In this document: positions 1-9,290 of the stretch, piece by piece | Position numbering within the stretch: position 1 is the first letter of the stretch | Layout: every line of letters starts with the position of its first letter | DNA from: Clostridia bacterium | Lineage (GTDB): Bacteria > Bacillota > Clostridia > Christensenellales > CAG-917 | DNA length: 64,000 nucleotides | Direction: 5' to 3' | Assembly: GCA_024405515.1 (NCBI GenBank) | Contig: JAKSOR010000001.1 | Coordinates: forward strand, 24,235-88,234 | Position numbers and translations under genes: made by a program | The notes under the pieces: model-generated | The model's input: the letters and a program-made list of their open reading frames with translations, nothing else | Told to the model about the DNA's origin: nothing | Databases searched by the model: none

Positions 1-1
1 T

Positions 2-958
2 ATCGGATATAACGACAGTTCTCTTGGTTTTGACTATAAAACCTGTGCTGTTATTTCAAGTATTGATGAACAGTCTCCTGATATTGCACAAGGTGTTGAT
101 TCTGCAAGTGACAGTGATGCTGCAGATGAATTCGAAAGTCAGGGCGCAGGAGATCAGGGAATGATGTTCGGTTACGCCTGCGATGAAACAGAAGAACTTA
201 TGCCTCTTCCGATTACTCTTGCACATGCGCTTACACAGAGACTTACTCAGGCAAGAAAAAATAATGAAATCAGCTGGTTAAGACCGGACGGAAAATCACA
301 GGTTACTGTTGAATACGTAGACGGAGAACCTGTAAGAGTTGATACTATTGTTATCTCAACACAGCACGCAGATACAGTTGAACATGATGAAATTGAAAAA
401 GAAATTGTTGAAAAAGTAATCAATGTCGCAATTCCTGCGAAATATATTGATGATGACACAAAATTTTATATTAACCCTACAGGAAGATTCGTTATCGGCG
501 GACCTGCCGGAGACAGTGGTCTTACAGGAAGAAAGATAATTGTTGACACATATGGTGGTTTCTGTCCTCATGGCGGTGGTTCATTCTCAGGAAAAGACCC
601 ATCCAAGGTAGACAGAAGTGCAACTTATATGGCCAGATACATCTGTAAGAATCTTGTGGCTTCAGGTATCTGCAGAAAAGCTCAGCTCCAGGTAGCATAT
701 GCAATAGGTATGGCTCACCCGGTATCAGTATATGTAAATACATTCGGAACAGGTATTATCAGCGATGAAGATATCGCTAAAGTTGTAACCGAAGTATTTG
801 ATATGCGCCCGCGTGCAATTATCAAGAAGCTCCGTCTTGATGGACCTGTTTACAGAAAGACATCGAATTACGGACATTTCGGAAGAAAAGGCTTTGCCTG
901 GGAAGAAACAGATTTAAAAGAAGCTGTAGCAGAAGCAGCAAAAAGGTATCAGTTTTGA
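2..958 (+). CDS. metK: S-adenosylmethionine synthetase, 5' end outside window
   Basis: The frame is open from the window edge. The translation contains [16 protein letters not shown] and the conserved MetK C-terminal half. Confidence 0.95.
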   Translation: MGYNDSSLGFDYKTCAVISSIDEQSPDIAQGVDSASDSDAADEFESQGAGDQGMMFGYACDETEELMPLPITLAHALTQRLTQARKNNEISWLRPDGKSQVTVEYVDGEPVRVDTIVISTQHADTVEHDEIEKEIVEKVINVAIPAKYIDDDTKFYINPTGRFVIGGPAGDSGLTGRKIIVDTYGGFCPHGGGSFSGKDPSKVDRSATYMARYICKNLVASGICRKAQLQVAYAIGMAHPVSVYVNTFGTGIISDEDIAKVVTEVFDMRPRAIIKKLRLDGPVYRKTSNYGHFGRKGFAWEETDLKEAVAEAAKRYQF

Positions 959-970
959 ATATGATATGTG

Positions 971-1000
971 AACGGCAAGGATTTTCCTTGCCGTTTTATA
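971..1000 (+). terminator. Intrinsic terminator after metK
   Basis: Perfect 10-bp stem AACGGCAAGG (971-980) / CCTTGCCGTT (986-995), followed by TTTATAATT. Confidence 0.8.
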
Positions 1001-1015
1001 ATTAAAAGAGGAAAG

Positions 1016-3214
1016 ATGCAAATTTCAGGAGAGGTAAAAACAGTAATTTTCAGAAGTGAAGACACCGGATATACTGTTCTGGATATCAGAACAGAGGAAA
1101 TCGGTCTCGTTACTGTTGTCGGAACTTTTCCTCCTGTATCAGAAGGACAGATGGTCAAAGTGGAAGGCAAATTCCAGAACAGGACCATGTACGGAAACCA
1201 GTTTTTTGCCGATAAGGTATGGGTTTCTGCTCCTGCAAGATTAGACGGAATAAAGAAGTTCCTCGGAAGCGGGCTTATCAAAGGTCTTGGTCCCGGCACT
1301 GCTGAGGCAATAGTCAAATACTATGGTGTGGACTCTCTGGAAGCTATGAAACATCCGATGGACCTTGCAAAAGTCAAAGGAATATCTCTGAAAAAAGCTA
1401 CCGAATTCGGGCTTGCATACAGTGAACTTGAGAAAAATCAGGAGTCGCTTATCTTTCTCCAGAATATCGGTATGACCATAAATATGGCACTGAAAGTATA
1501 TGCAGTATATGGCGACAGTGCTGAAATCAGAATAAGGAACAACCCTTATGATCTTATAACAGATGTTGAGGGAATAGGGTTTCAGACTGCAGACAAAATA
1601 GCAGAGGCGGTAGGAATTGCTAAGGACAGTGACTTCAGAATTATGGCCGCTCTGGTGTATGTGCTTAATGAGGCATCGTCTAACAGAGGTTACAACTATT
1701 TGCCCGAAGAAGAACTTAAACAGACTGTAACAGAGCTTTTAAGTGGCTCTTGTGAAGATTTGGAAAAGAAAATCGGTTTTGCCATAGAGGATATGGTTTA
1801 CCTTGGCAAACTTGTTGAATACCCTCTTGAAGATCATGTAGCGGTAACAACGAAGAAGATCTATTCCATTGAGAAATATATTGCGAAAGCGCTTTTCCGT
1901 CTTCAGGAAACTCAGGCGGATATAAGAGTTGATCTTGAAAAGCAGCTTGAAATTTTTGAAAAGCAGGAAGGAATTACTTTCCACGAGAATCAGAAAAAAG
2001 CTGTTACTGCTGCAGTTGAGAATGGTATCCAGATAGTTACCGGTGGCCCTGGTACAGGAAAGACAACAATAATTAAGTGCATACTCAGGATGTTCTCAGA
2101 TCTTAAGATGGAAGTGGAACTCTGTGCTCCTACGGGCAGAGCTGCTAAGAGGATGAGCGAGGCGACAGGAAAACCCGCAAAAACTATACATAGGCTTCTT
2201 GAAGTAAATCAGGCAACAGGCGGATTTAAGTATAATTCGGATAATCCTCTTGGGGCAGATGTCGTTATAGTCGATGAGGTCTCCATGGTAGATGAATTTA
2301 TTTTCTACTCTCTGCTTTCGGCTCTTAAGAGAGGCGCAAGACTTATTCTTGTGGGAGATAAAGATCAGCTTGCTTCTGTGGGTGCAGGTAATGTACTTCA
2401 TGACCTTATAGAATCAGGTCTGTTTTCTGTAAATTATCTTACTCAGATTTACAGACAGTCGGAAAAGAGCCAGATAGTGCCTAATGCGCACAGGATAAAC
2501 AGAGGCGAAATGCCGTTACTCGACAATACAAGTTCTGATTTCTTCTTTGAAGAAGAGGAAGACCCAATGATAATTGCATCAAAAACACTGGGACTTGTAA
2601 CAAAGAGACTGCCGAAATTTACAAATATCAATCCTGCATCAATTCAGGTTCTCTGTCCTATGAAGAGAGGATTTGCAGGAACAATTAACATGAATAAGGA
2701 AATGCAGAAACTTATCAATCCGTATTCGCCGGAAAAAGCAGAACTTAAACACGGCGATACTGTATTCAGAATAGGTGATAAAGTTATGCAGATCTGCAAT
2801 GACTATAATATGGAATGGATTCAGGGCAGGACCATGGGCAGCGGAGTGTTCAATGGAGATATAGGATTTATATCTGACATAGAACCAAGAGCAGGTCTTG
2901 TTTATGTTGAATTTGAAGACGGCAGGCTTGCGAAATACAAACGAGATGACCTTGATAATCTTGTCCTTGCCTATGCGGCAACCATTCATAAGTCTCAGGG
3001 CAGCGAATTTGACTGTGTGGTTATTGCACTGGATGCAAATTATATGCTTCAGTCAAGGAATCTTCTCTACACTGCAGTCACAAGAGCAAAAAAATGGGTT
3101 GTCATAGTCGGAGCACAGAAAACAATAAGACGTATGATAGCTCACAGCGAAACAGTAAAAAGGTACTCACTTCTTTCTGAATTAATGAGAAAAGAAGCTG
3201 AGGGTATATTATAG
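1016..3214 (+). CDS. recD2: RecD2-type SF1B ATP-dependent DNA helicase
   Basis: Start chosen at ATG 1016 behind AGAGGAAAG; the track start at 968 is a GTG inside the metK terminator. Walker A is GGPGTGKTT and the C-terminal motif is TIHKSQGSEF. Confidence 0.85.
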   Translation: MQISGEVKTVIFRSEDTGYTVLDIRTEEIGLVTVVGTFPPVSEGQMVKVEGKFQNRTMYGNQFFADKVWVSAPARLDGIKKFLGSGLIKGLGPGTAEAIVKYYGVDSLEAMKHPMDLAKVKGISLKKATEFGLAYSELEKNQESLIFLQNIGMTINMALKVYAVYGDSAEIRIRNNPYDLITDVEGIGFQTADKIAEAVGIAKDSDFRIMAALVYVLNEASSNRGYNYLPEEELKQTVTELLSGSCEDLEKKIGFAIEDMVYLGKLVEYPLEDHVAVTTKKIYSIEKYIAKALFRLQETQADIRVDLEKQLEIFEKQEGITFHENQKKAVTAAVENGIQIVTGGPGTGKTTIIKCILRMFSDLKMEVELCAPTGRAAKRMSEATGKPAKTIHRLLEVNQATGGFKYNSDNPLGADVVIVDEVSMVDEFIFYSLLSALKRGARLILVGDKDQLASVGAGNVLHDLIESGLFSVNYLTQIYRQSEKSQIVPNAHRINRGEMPLLDNTSSDFFFEEEEDPMIIASKTLGLVTKRLPKFTNINPASIQVLCPMKRGFAGTINMNKEMQKLINPYSPEKAELKHGDTVFRIGDKVMQICNDYNMEWIQGRTMGSGVFNGDIGFISDIEPRAGLVYVEFEDGRLAKYKRDDLDNLVLAYAATIHKSQGSEFDCVVIALDANYMLQSRNLLYTAVTRAKKWVVIVGAQKTIRRMIAHSETVKRYSLLSELMRKEAEGIL

Positions 3215-3222
3215 AGGTAAAA

Positions 3223-5889
3223 ATGTCAATTTTTAATGCTAATGACCGTAAAGTCTCAAAACTGAAAAAGACAGCACTTAAAGTTGATGCACTCGCATCA
3301 AAATATCAGGCTATGAGTGACGCCGAACTTTCCGGAATGACGGCTGTTCTTAAGGACAGACTTGCAAAAGGCGAAACGCTTGAACAAATTCTGCCGGATG
3401 CATTTGCAGTCGTACGTGAGGCCGGCACAAGAGTACTCGGCATGAGACACTTCTTCGTACAGATTATGGGCGGTATCGCAATCCATCAGGGAAGAATCGC
3501 CGAAATGGGAACAGGTGAAGGTAAAACTCTTGTTGCTACTCTCCCGGCATATCTTAATGCTCTTACGGGAAATGGTGTCCACGTAGTAACAGTAAACGAT
3601 TACCTGGCAACCCGTGACGCAGCATGGATGGGAAAACTTTATAAATTTCTCGGACTCAGTGTCGGTGTAGTTGTCCCTAATATGAAACCGGATGAAAAGA
3701 GAGCAGCTTATCTTTGTGATATTACATACTGCACAAACAATGAACTCGGATTTGACTTCTTAAGAGACAACATGGTTGTTAAAAAAGAGGATAAGGTTCA
3801 GCGTTCACTGAATTTTGCAATCATCGATGAGGTAGACTCAATTCTTATTGATGAGGCAAGAACACCTCTTATCATTTCAGGACGAGGAGGCAAGTCAAGC
3901 GAACTTTACAAAACTGCAAACACGTTTGCAAAACAGTGTAAAGAGGGCGATGATTTCACAATAGAAGAAAAAGAAAAGGCCATAATGCTTACTGATGACG
4001 GTATCCTGAAGGCTGAAAAGTTCTTCCATGTTGAAAATCTCACGGATATTGAGAATACAGAAATATATCATCATATCCAGCAGGCATTAAAGGCCCATAA
4101 TATGATGAAAAAGGATAAGGACTATATTGTTAATGATGGTGAGGTTCTTATTGTTGATGAGTTTACAGGCCGTGTAATGATCGGAAGACGTTACAATGAA
4201 GGATTACATCAGGCAATTGAAGCAAAGGAAGGAGTGGTAATAAGAAGTGAAAATAAGACACTTGCCACAATAACATTCCAGAATTTCTTCAGAATGTATA
4301 AAAAAATCAGCGGTATGACTGGTACTGCAAAAACCGAAGAAACCGAATTTGAGGGAATATATGCACTTGATGTCGTTACTATCCCTCCGAATCTCCCATC
4401 TCAGAGAAAAGATGACCAGGATCAGATTTATACTAAGGTTTCAGGTAAAATCACTGCAATTGTAGATGATATTATCAAGCACAATGCAACCGGGCAACCT
4501 GTTCTTGTCGGTACAGTCAGCGTTGAAAAATCCGAAGAATTAAGCAAAATCCTCAAAAAGAAAGGAATACAGCACAGTGTTCTTAATGCTAAATTCCATA
4601 AACAGGAATCTGAAATAATTGCACAGGCAGGAAAATACGGAGCAGTTACTATTGCAACGAATATGGCCGGACGTGGTACCGATATCATGCTTGGCGGAAA
4701 TCCTGATTTCCTTGCAAAACAGAAAATGGAAAAAGATGGTTATAAACTCGAAGTCATCGAAATGGCTACATCTCCTCTTCAGAGTGATGACCCTGAAATC
4801 ATTGCAGCAAAAGAAGCATACAAACACCATTATGATGCATTCAAGATAAACTGTGATGAGGAAAAGCAGAAAGTTCTTTCACTCGGTGGCCTGAGAATTA
4901 TCGGTACAGAGAGACACGAGAGCAGACGAATCGACAACCAGTTAAGAGGACGTGCAGGACGTCAGGGAGACCCGGGAAGCACAATTTTCTATATCTCAAT
5001 GGAAGATGACGTTGCAAGAATATTCGGCGGCGACAAGCTTAAGATGATAGCATCAAGATTTGCTCTTCCGGATGATCAGCCGATTGCAAATACAGTAATT
5101 ACAAAACAGATAGAGAGAGCACAGAAACTTGTTGAAGGAAGAAACTATTCTATACGTAAACAGGTTCTGAGTTATGACGATGTCATGAATGCTCAGAGAG
5201 AAATCATCTATAAAGAAAGAAGCAAAGTCCTCGACGGAATGGATGTCCATGACCAGATTCTTGATATGATTGATGACCTCGCAGAAGAAGTAATCGGTTA
5301 TTATGCTGATTATAAGATTGATTATCAGACATGGGATTATGAAGCATTTAATAACGCTCTTGAGCTCAAGATGCTCCCGAAGGGAACATCCTTAATGACA
5401 CCTGAACTCTGCTCATGCTATGACGTGTACAAACTCAAGGAAGCAGTATTAAAAGTTGCTCTTGAGGATTTCAACAAGAAGATTGAAGTAAGCACTTCTG
5501 CAGGTTTTGATTTTAAGGAACTTGAAAGAGTTGTTCTGCTTAAGACTGTTGACTCAAAATGGATGGATCATATAGATGCCATGGATGAACTCAGAAGAGG
5601 TATCGGTCTCAGGGGATACGGCCAGAGAGATCCTGTTCTTTCCTATCGTCAGGAAGGCTGGGAAATGTTTGAGGATATGGTTTCAAGAATTCATTCTGAG
5701 ACAGCCAATATTCTTCTCAAGGTTAATATTGAGATAAGAGAAGACAACGGGGAGGCAAAACTTCAGCAGGAAATTGCATCAGCAAAGAAAACAATTGTTA
5801 ATCAGAATAAAAAAATAGGCAGAAATGATCCGTGCCCGTGTGGTTCAGGACTCAAGTATAAGAACTGCTGCGGGAAGAATTTGTTATGA
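3223..5889 (+). CDS. secA: Preprotein translocase ATPase SecA
   Basis: 888 aa with MGTGEGKTL, DEVDSILIDEARTPLIISG and the C-terminal zinc motif CPCGSGLKYKNCC. Confidence 0.97.
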   Translation: MSIFNANDRKVSKLKKTALKVDALASKYQAMSDAELSGMTAVLKDRLAKGETLEQILPDAFAVVREAGTRVLGMRHFFVQIMGGIAIHQGRIAEMGTGEGKTLVATLPAYLNALTGNGVHVVTVNDYLATRDAAWMGKLYKFLGLSVGVVVPNMKPDEKRAAYLCDITYCTNNELGFDFLRDNMVVKKEDKVQRSLNFAIIDEVDSILIDEARTPLIISGRGGKSSELYKTANTFAKQCKEGDDFTIEEKEKAIMLTDDGILKAEKFFHVENLTDIENTEIYHHIQQALKAHNMMKKDKDYIVNDGEVLIVDEFTGRVMIGRRYNEGLHQAIEAKEGVVIRSENKTLATITFQNFFRMYKKISGMTGTAKTEETEFEGIYALDVVTIPPNLPSQRKDDQDQIYTKVSGKITAIVDDIIKHNATGQPVLVGTVSVEKSEELSKILKKKGIQHSVLNAKFHKQESEIIAQAGKYGAVTIATNMAGRGTDIMLGGNPDFLAKQKMEKDGYKLEVIEMATSPLQSDDPEIIAAKEAYKHHYDAFKINCDEEKQKVLSLGGLRIIGTERHESRRIDNQLRGRAGRQGDPGSTIFYISMEDDVARIFGGDKLKMIASRFALPDDQPIANTVITKQIERAQKLVEGRNYSIRKQVLSYDDVMNAQREIIYKERSKVLDGMDVHDQILDMIDDLAEEVIGYYADYKIDYQTWDYEAFNNALELKMLPKGTSLMTPELCSCYDVYKLKEAVLKVALEDFNKKIEVSTSAGFDFKELERVVLLKTVDSKWMDHIDAMDELRRGIGLRGYGQRDPVLSYRQEGWEMFEDMVSRIHSETANILLKVNIEIREDNGEAKLQQEIASAKKTIVNQNKKIGRNDPCPCGSGLKYKNCCGKNLL

Positions 5890-6995
5890 TAGACTACAAC
5901 CAGTTAAGATATAAACTCGGCGATATGCGTGCCGAAATGGTGCGTGCTTATGAGAGCATTAATCCTCCTAAAATAAGAGCCCGTCTTGAGGAACTTCAGA
6001 AAATCCAGGGCAGTGATGAATTCTGGAATGACCCTGATTCAGCCAAAGTGGTTTCCAAGGAAATCAGTCAGCTTCAGGCCAAACTTGAGAAGTTTGAAAA
6101 GATGATAGCAAAGATTGATGATGTAAGTGAAACTGTCGATCTTGTTGAGCTTGAGCCTAGCGATGAATATGATTTATCTCTGCAGGAATCAATAAAAGAA
6201 CTTCAGGAAAAAGTGGAAGCACTTTCGCTATCGACACTTTTAAGCGGCAAATACGATGGATTAAATGCCATTTTGACGCTTCATGCAGGTGCTGGTGGTA
6301 CTGAAGCACAGGACTGGGTACAGATGCTTTACAGGATGTATTCTAGGTATGTTGAGAAGGCCGGATGGACTTTAACAGAACTTGATTATCTTGCAGGAGA
6401 TGAGGCTGGAATCAAGAGCGTAACGTTCAGAGTCGAAGGAGATAATGCATACGGATATCTGAAAGCTGAGAAAGGAGTCCACAGGCTTGTTCGTATTTCC
6501 CCGTTTGATGCAAATGCCAGAAGACACACATCTTTTGCATCGCTTGAAGTAATGCCTGAAATCATAGATACAAGTGAAATAGAAATAAGACCGGAAGATC
6601 TTAAAATAGATACATACCGTTCATCTGGAGCGGGTGGTCAGCATGTTAACAAAACAGAAAGTGCAATAAGAATTACCCATATTCCGACAGGCATAATTGT
6701 TGCATGTCAGAATGAAAGAAGCCAGATACAGAACAGGGAAGTCGCAATGCAGATGCTTCGTTCCAAGCTCATTGAAAAGCGTGAGAGGGAAAGAGAAGAG
6801 GAAGCAGCGATGCTCAGTGGTAATCTCAAGAAAATTGAGTGGGGCAGTCAGATAAGGTCTTATGTTTTCTGCCCGTATACAATGGTTAAGGACCACAGAA
6901 CAAATTTTGAGACAGGAAACATCCAGGGAGTAATGGACGGCGATCTTGACGGATTTATCAACGAGTATTTGAAATTAAGCTCGATACAGAAATAG
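5886..6995 (+). CDS. prfB: Peptide chain release factor 2, single uninterrupted frame
   Basis: SPF motif (RISPFD) and GGQ (SGAGGQHVN). ATGA overlap with the secA stop. The N-terminal approx. 30 aa are in frame. Confidence 0.93.
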   Translation: MIDYNQLRYKLGDMRAEMVRAYESINPPKIRARLEELQKIQGSDEFWNDPDSAKVVSKEISQLQAKLEKFEKMIAKIDDVSETVDLVELEPSDEYDLSLQESIKELQEKVEALSLSTLLSGKYDGLNAILTLHAGAGGTEAQDWVQMLYRMYSRYVEKAGWTLTELDYLAGDEAGIKSVTFRVEGDNAYGYLKAEKGVHRLVRISPFDANARRHTSFASLEVMPEIIDTSEIEIRPEDLKIDTYRSSGAGGQHVNKTESAIRITHIPTGIIVACQNERSQIQNREVAMQMLRSKLIEKREREREEEAAMLSGNLKKIEWGSQIRSYVFCPYTMVKDHRTNFETGNIQGVMDGDLDGFINEYLKLSSIQK

Positions 6996-6996
6996 A

Positions 6997-8025
6997 ATGA
7001 ACAGTCTTCAGAATAAAAAGGACATAGTTGTATTATCGATTGAATCAAGTTGTGATGAGACAGCCTGTGCAATAGTCAGAAACGGCCGTGAGGTGGTTTC
7101 CAATGTTGTTGCAACACAGATTGAGATTCACAGAAGATTCGGTGGTGTGGTGCCTGAGATTGCAAGCAGGAACCATACTCTTGCTATAGAAAACGTGGTA
7201 AAAGAGGCCCTGAAACAGGCCTCAATGACAAAGGATGATATAGATGCCATAGCCGTTACTTACGGTGCTGGACTTCTCGGTGCGCTGCTTGTCGGTGTGA
7301 ATTTTGCAAAAGGTCTTGCCTATGCCTGGGATAAGCCTTTGTTTGCTGTTTCTCATGTCAAAGGACATATTGCGGCAAATTATATAGACAGCACTCTTGA
7401 ACCGCCGTATCTGTGTCTACTGGCAAGCGGAGGACACACAGCTATAGTAAAAGTAAAGGATTATGTCAATCTTGAACTTGTTTGCCAGAGCAGAGATGAT
7501 GCAGCCGGAGAGGCTTTTGATAAGACCGCAAGGGTTCTCGGGCTCCCTTATCCTGGAGGCCCAGAAATACAGAAACTGGCGCTCTTGGGAAAGCCTGTTT
7601 ATGACATGCCAAAGCCTAAATTGACACGTTTAGATGACCTGTTTTTCAGTTACAGCGGACTAAAAACGTTTGTAATCAATCTGGTGCATAATATGGAACA
7701 GAAAGGAGATAAAATACCTTCTGCCGATATAGCCGCAAGCTTCCAAAAAGCTGCAACCGATCAGCTTGTTGATACGCTCAGATTTGCTGTTGAAAATACG
7801 GGAATAAAGAAAATTGCTATTGCCGGCGGAGTGAGTGCAAACCAGGAACTCAGGGACAAAGTGGATGGACTTAAAAAGGCCGGTTGTGAAGTACATTACC
7901 CGAAACTTAAATACTGTACCGATAATGCCGCAATGATTGGTGCGGAGGCCTGTTTTATGATTAAATCCGGGGTTGAGGAGAGTGATCTTTCTCTCGATGC
8001 CAAAGCAACAGTACCGCTCAGATAA
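6997..8025 (+). CDS. tsaD: tRNA N6-adenosine threonylcarbamoyltransferase (Kae1/TsaD family)
   Basis: N-terminus LSIESSCDETACAIV, GGHT motif, 342 aa. Confidence 0.9.
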   Translation: MNSLQNKKDIVVLSIESSCDETACAIVRNGREVVSNVVATQIEIHRRFGGVVPEIASRNHTLAIENVVKEALKQASMTKDDIDAIAVTYGAGLLGALLVGVNFAKGLAYAWDKPLFAVSHVKGHIAANYIDSTLEPPYLCLLASGGHTAIVKVKDYVNLELVCQSRDDAAGEAFDKTARVLGLPYPGGPEIQKLALLGKPVYDMPKPKLTRLDDLFFSYSGLKTFVINLVHNMEQKGDKIPSADIAASFQKAATDQLVDTLRFAVENTGIKKIAIAGGVSANQELRDKVDGLKKAGCEVHYPKLKYCTDNAAMIGAEACFMIKSGVEESDLSLDAKATVPLR

Positions 8026-8116
8026 CTTTCAGTAGTGTCGTGGCCCGCTTTCCCGGCCCAACATCTTGTATTATTATATAAATATAATTTTTTTTAGAAA
8101 ATCTGCTCATTTTCGT

Positions 8117-8145
8117 TTGACTTAAATTGTCGATATTGGTAAGAT
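8117..8145 (+). promoter_or_regulatory. Sigma-A-type promoter of the str operon
   Basis: TTGACT (8117-8122), 17-nt spacer, TAAGAT (8140-8145). Confidence 0.55.
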
Positions 8146-8401
8146 TATTTCGCTTACGTAAACGTAGGCAGTTTTTAACTTTGGAAAAATATTTTTTTTG
8201 ACAGGGAAGAAAACACAAAACATGCTAGAAAGCTCGAGGGAACTGTCGGATCCAAACAGAGACCAAAGAGCCGGTCCGATGCAACCATCAGGTGTGTGAT
8301 AGGTACATCAGACATCCGCTGAACCGAAAGGGGAAGCAAATATACTGAAATGCGCCTGTGGGTTGCAGGTACATTCGAAAATCTTTACAGGAGGAACAAA
8401 A
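8146..8401 (+). promoter_or_regulatory. Long (approx. 250 nt) structured 5' leader of rpsL
   Basis: No credible ORF. Hairpin 8246-8252/8273-8279 abuts a 13-bp interrupted helix 8280-8294/8353-8367. SD AGGAGG at 8390-8395. Confidence 0.45.
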
Positions 8402-8776
8402 ATGCCAACCATCAATCAATTAATAAGAAATGGCAGAGAAAAACAGGTTAAGAAGTCTCAGACACCTATTATGCAGCAGTGCCCACAGAAACGTGGTATT
8501 TGCCTGAGCGTAACAACAACCACACCTAAAAAGCCGAACTCAGCATTACGTAAGATCGCAAGAGTACGTCTTGTAAACGGTATGGAAGGAACTGTTTATA
8601 TCCCTGGTGTAGGCCACAATCTCCAAGAGCACAGTGTAGTTCTTATCAGAGGCGGCAGAGTCAAGGATTTGCCAGGTGTTCGTTATCATATTATTCGTGG
8701 TGCTCTTGATACAGCAGGCGTTGCAAAACGTATGCAGGCAAGATCCAAATATGGTGCAAAACGCCCAAAGAAATAA
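8402..8776 (+). CDS. rpsL: 30S ribosomal protein S12
   Basis: [14 protein letters not shown] start behind AGGAGG. The track start at 8363 is an in-frame TTG extension. Confidence 0.98.
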   Translation: MPTINQLIRNGREKQVKKSQTPIMQQCPQKRGICLSVTTTTPKKPNSALRKIARVRLVNGMEGTVYIPGVGHNLQEHSVVLIRGGRVKDLPGVRYHIIRGALDTAGVAKRMQARSKYGAKRPKK

Positions 8777-8816
8777 TTTTTCGAATGTATTAAACTTTAG
8801 ACTTTAGGAGGTCATT

Positions 8817-9287
8817 ATGCCAAGAAGAAGCGGCGTGCCGAAAAGAGACGTACTCCCAGATCCAGTTTATGGCAGCAAGGTTGTTACAAAATTAATCAAC
8901 CAGGTAATGTTAGACGGAAAGAAGGGAACAGCACAGACAATCGTCTATGAGGCATTTGAAATAGCAGCAAAGAAAACTGGTATGGAAGCAATCGATATGT
9001 TCAATAAAGCATTAGAGAACGTTATGCCAGTATTAGAAACAAAAGCAAGAAGAGTCGGCGGAGCCACATACCAGGTCCCGATGGAAATTCGTCCAGAAAG
9101 AAGACAGACTCTCGCAATTCGTTGGATTGTATTATTTGCAAGAAAACGTGGTGAGAAGACAATGAACGAAAGACTCGCTGGAGAATTAGTAGACGCAGTT
9201 AACTTAACAGGCGGAGCAGTCAAGAAGAAAGACGAAATGCACAGGACTGCTGAAGCAAACAAAGCATTCGCACATTATAGGTGGTAG
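8817..9287 (+). CDS. rpsG: 30S ribosomal protein S7
   Basis: 156 aa, [20 protein letters not shown], behind AGGAGG. Confidence 0.98.
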   Translation: MPRRSGVPKRDVLPDPVYGSKVVTKLINQVMLDGKKGTAQTIVYEAFEIAAKKTGMEAIDMFNKALENVMPVLETKARRVGGATYQVPMEIRPERRQTLAIRWIVLFARKRGEKTMNERLAGELVDAVNLTGGAVKKKDEMHRTAEANKAFAHYRW

Positions 9288-9290
9288 TAG

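Noticed and set aside
968-1015. Upstream alternative-codon extensions offered by the ORF track: recD2 at 968, rpsL at 8363, nusG at 13287, rplI at 23754, GH16 at 20774, prmC fusion at 34518, PHP at 45912, GNAT at 58831, ABC genes at 32620 and 33402.
   Set aside because: In each case an internal ATG has a proper SD and gives the conserved N-terminus. The extension overlaps a terminator, a promoter or the preceding gene.
8018-8218. 66-aa minus-strand ORF in the tsaD-rpsL spacer.
   Set aside because: It overlaps the tsaD stop and the predicted str promoter. It has no SD and its sequence is AT-rich and low-complexity.
8222-8299. 25-codon ORF in the rpsL leader as a possible leader peptide.
   Set aside because: No SD precedes it (AAAACACAAAAC), and it runs through the predicted helices. 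Nothing supports translation.
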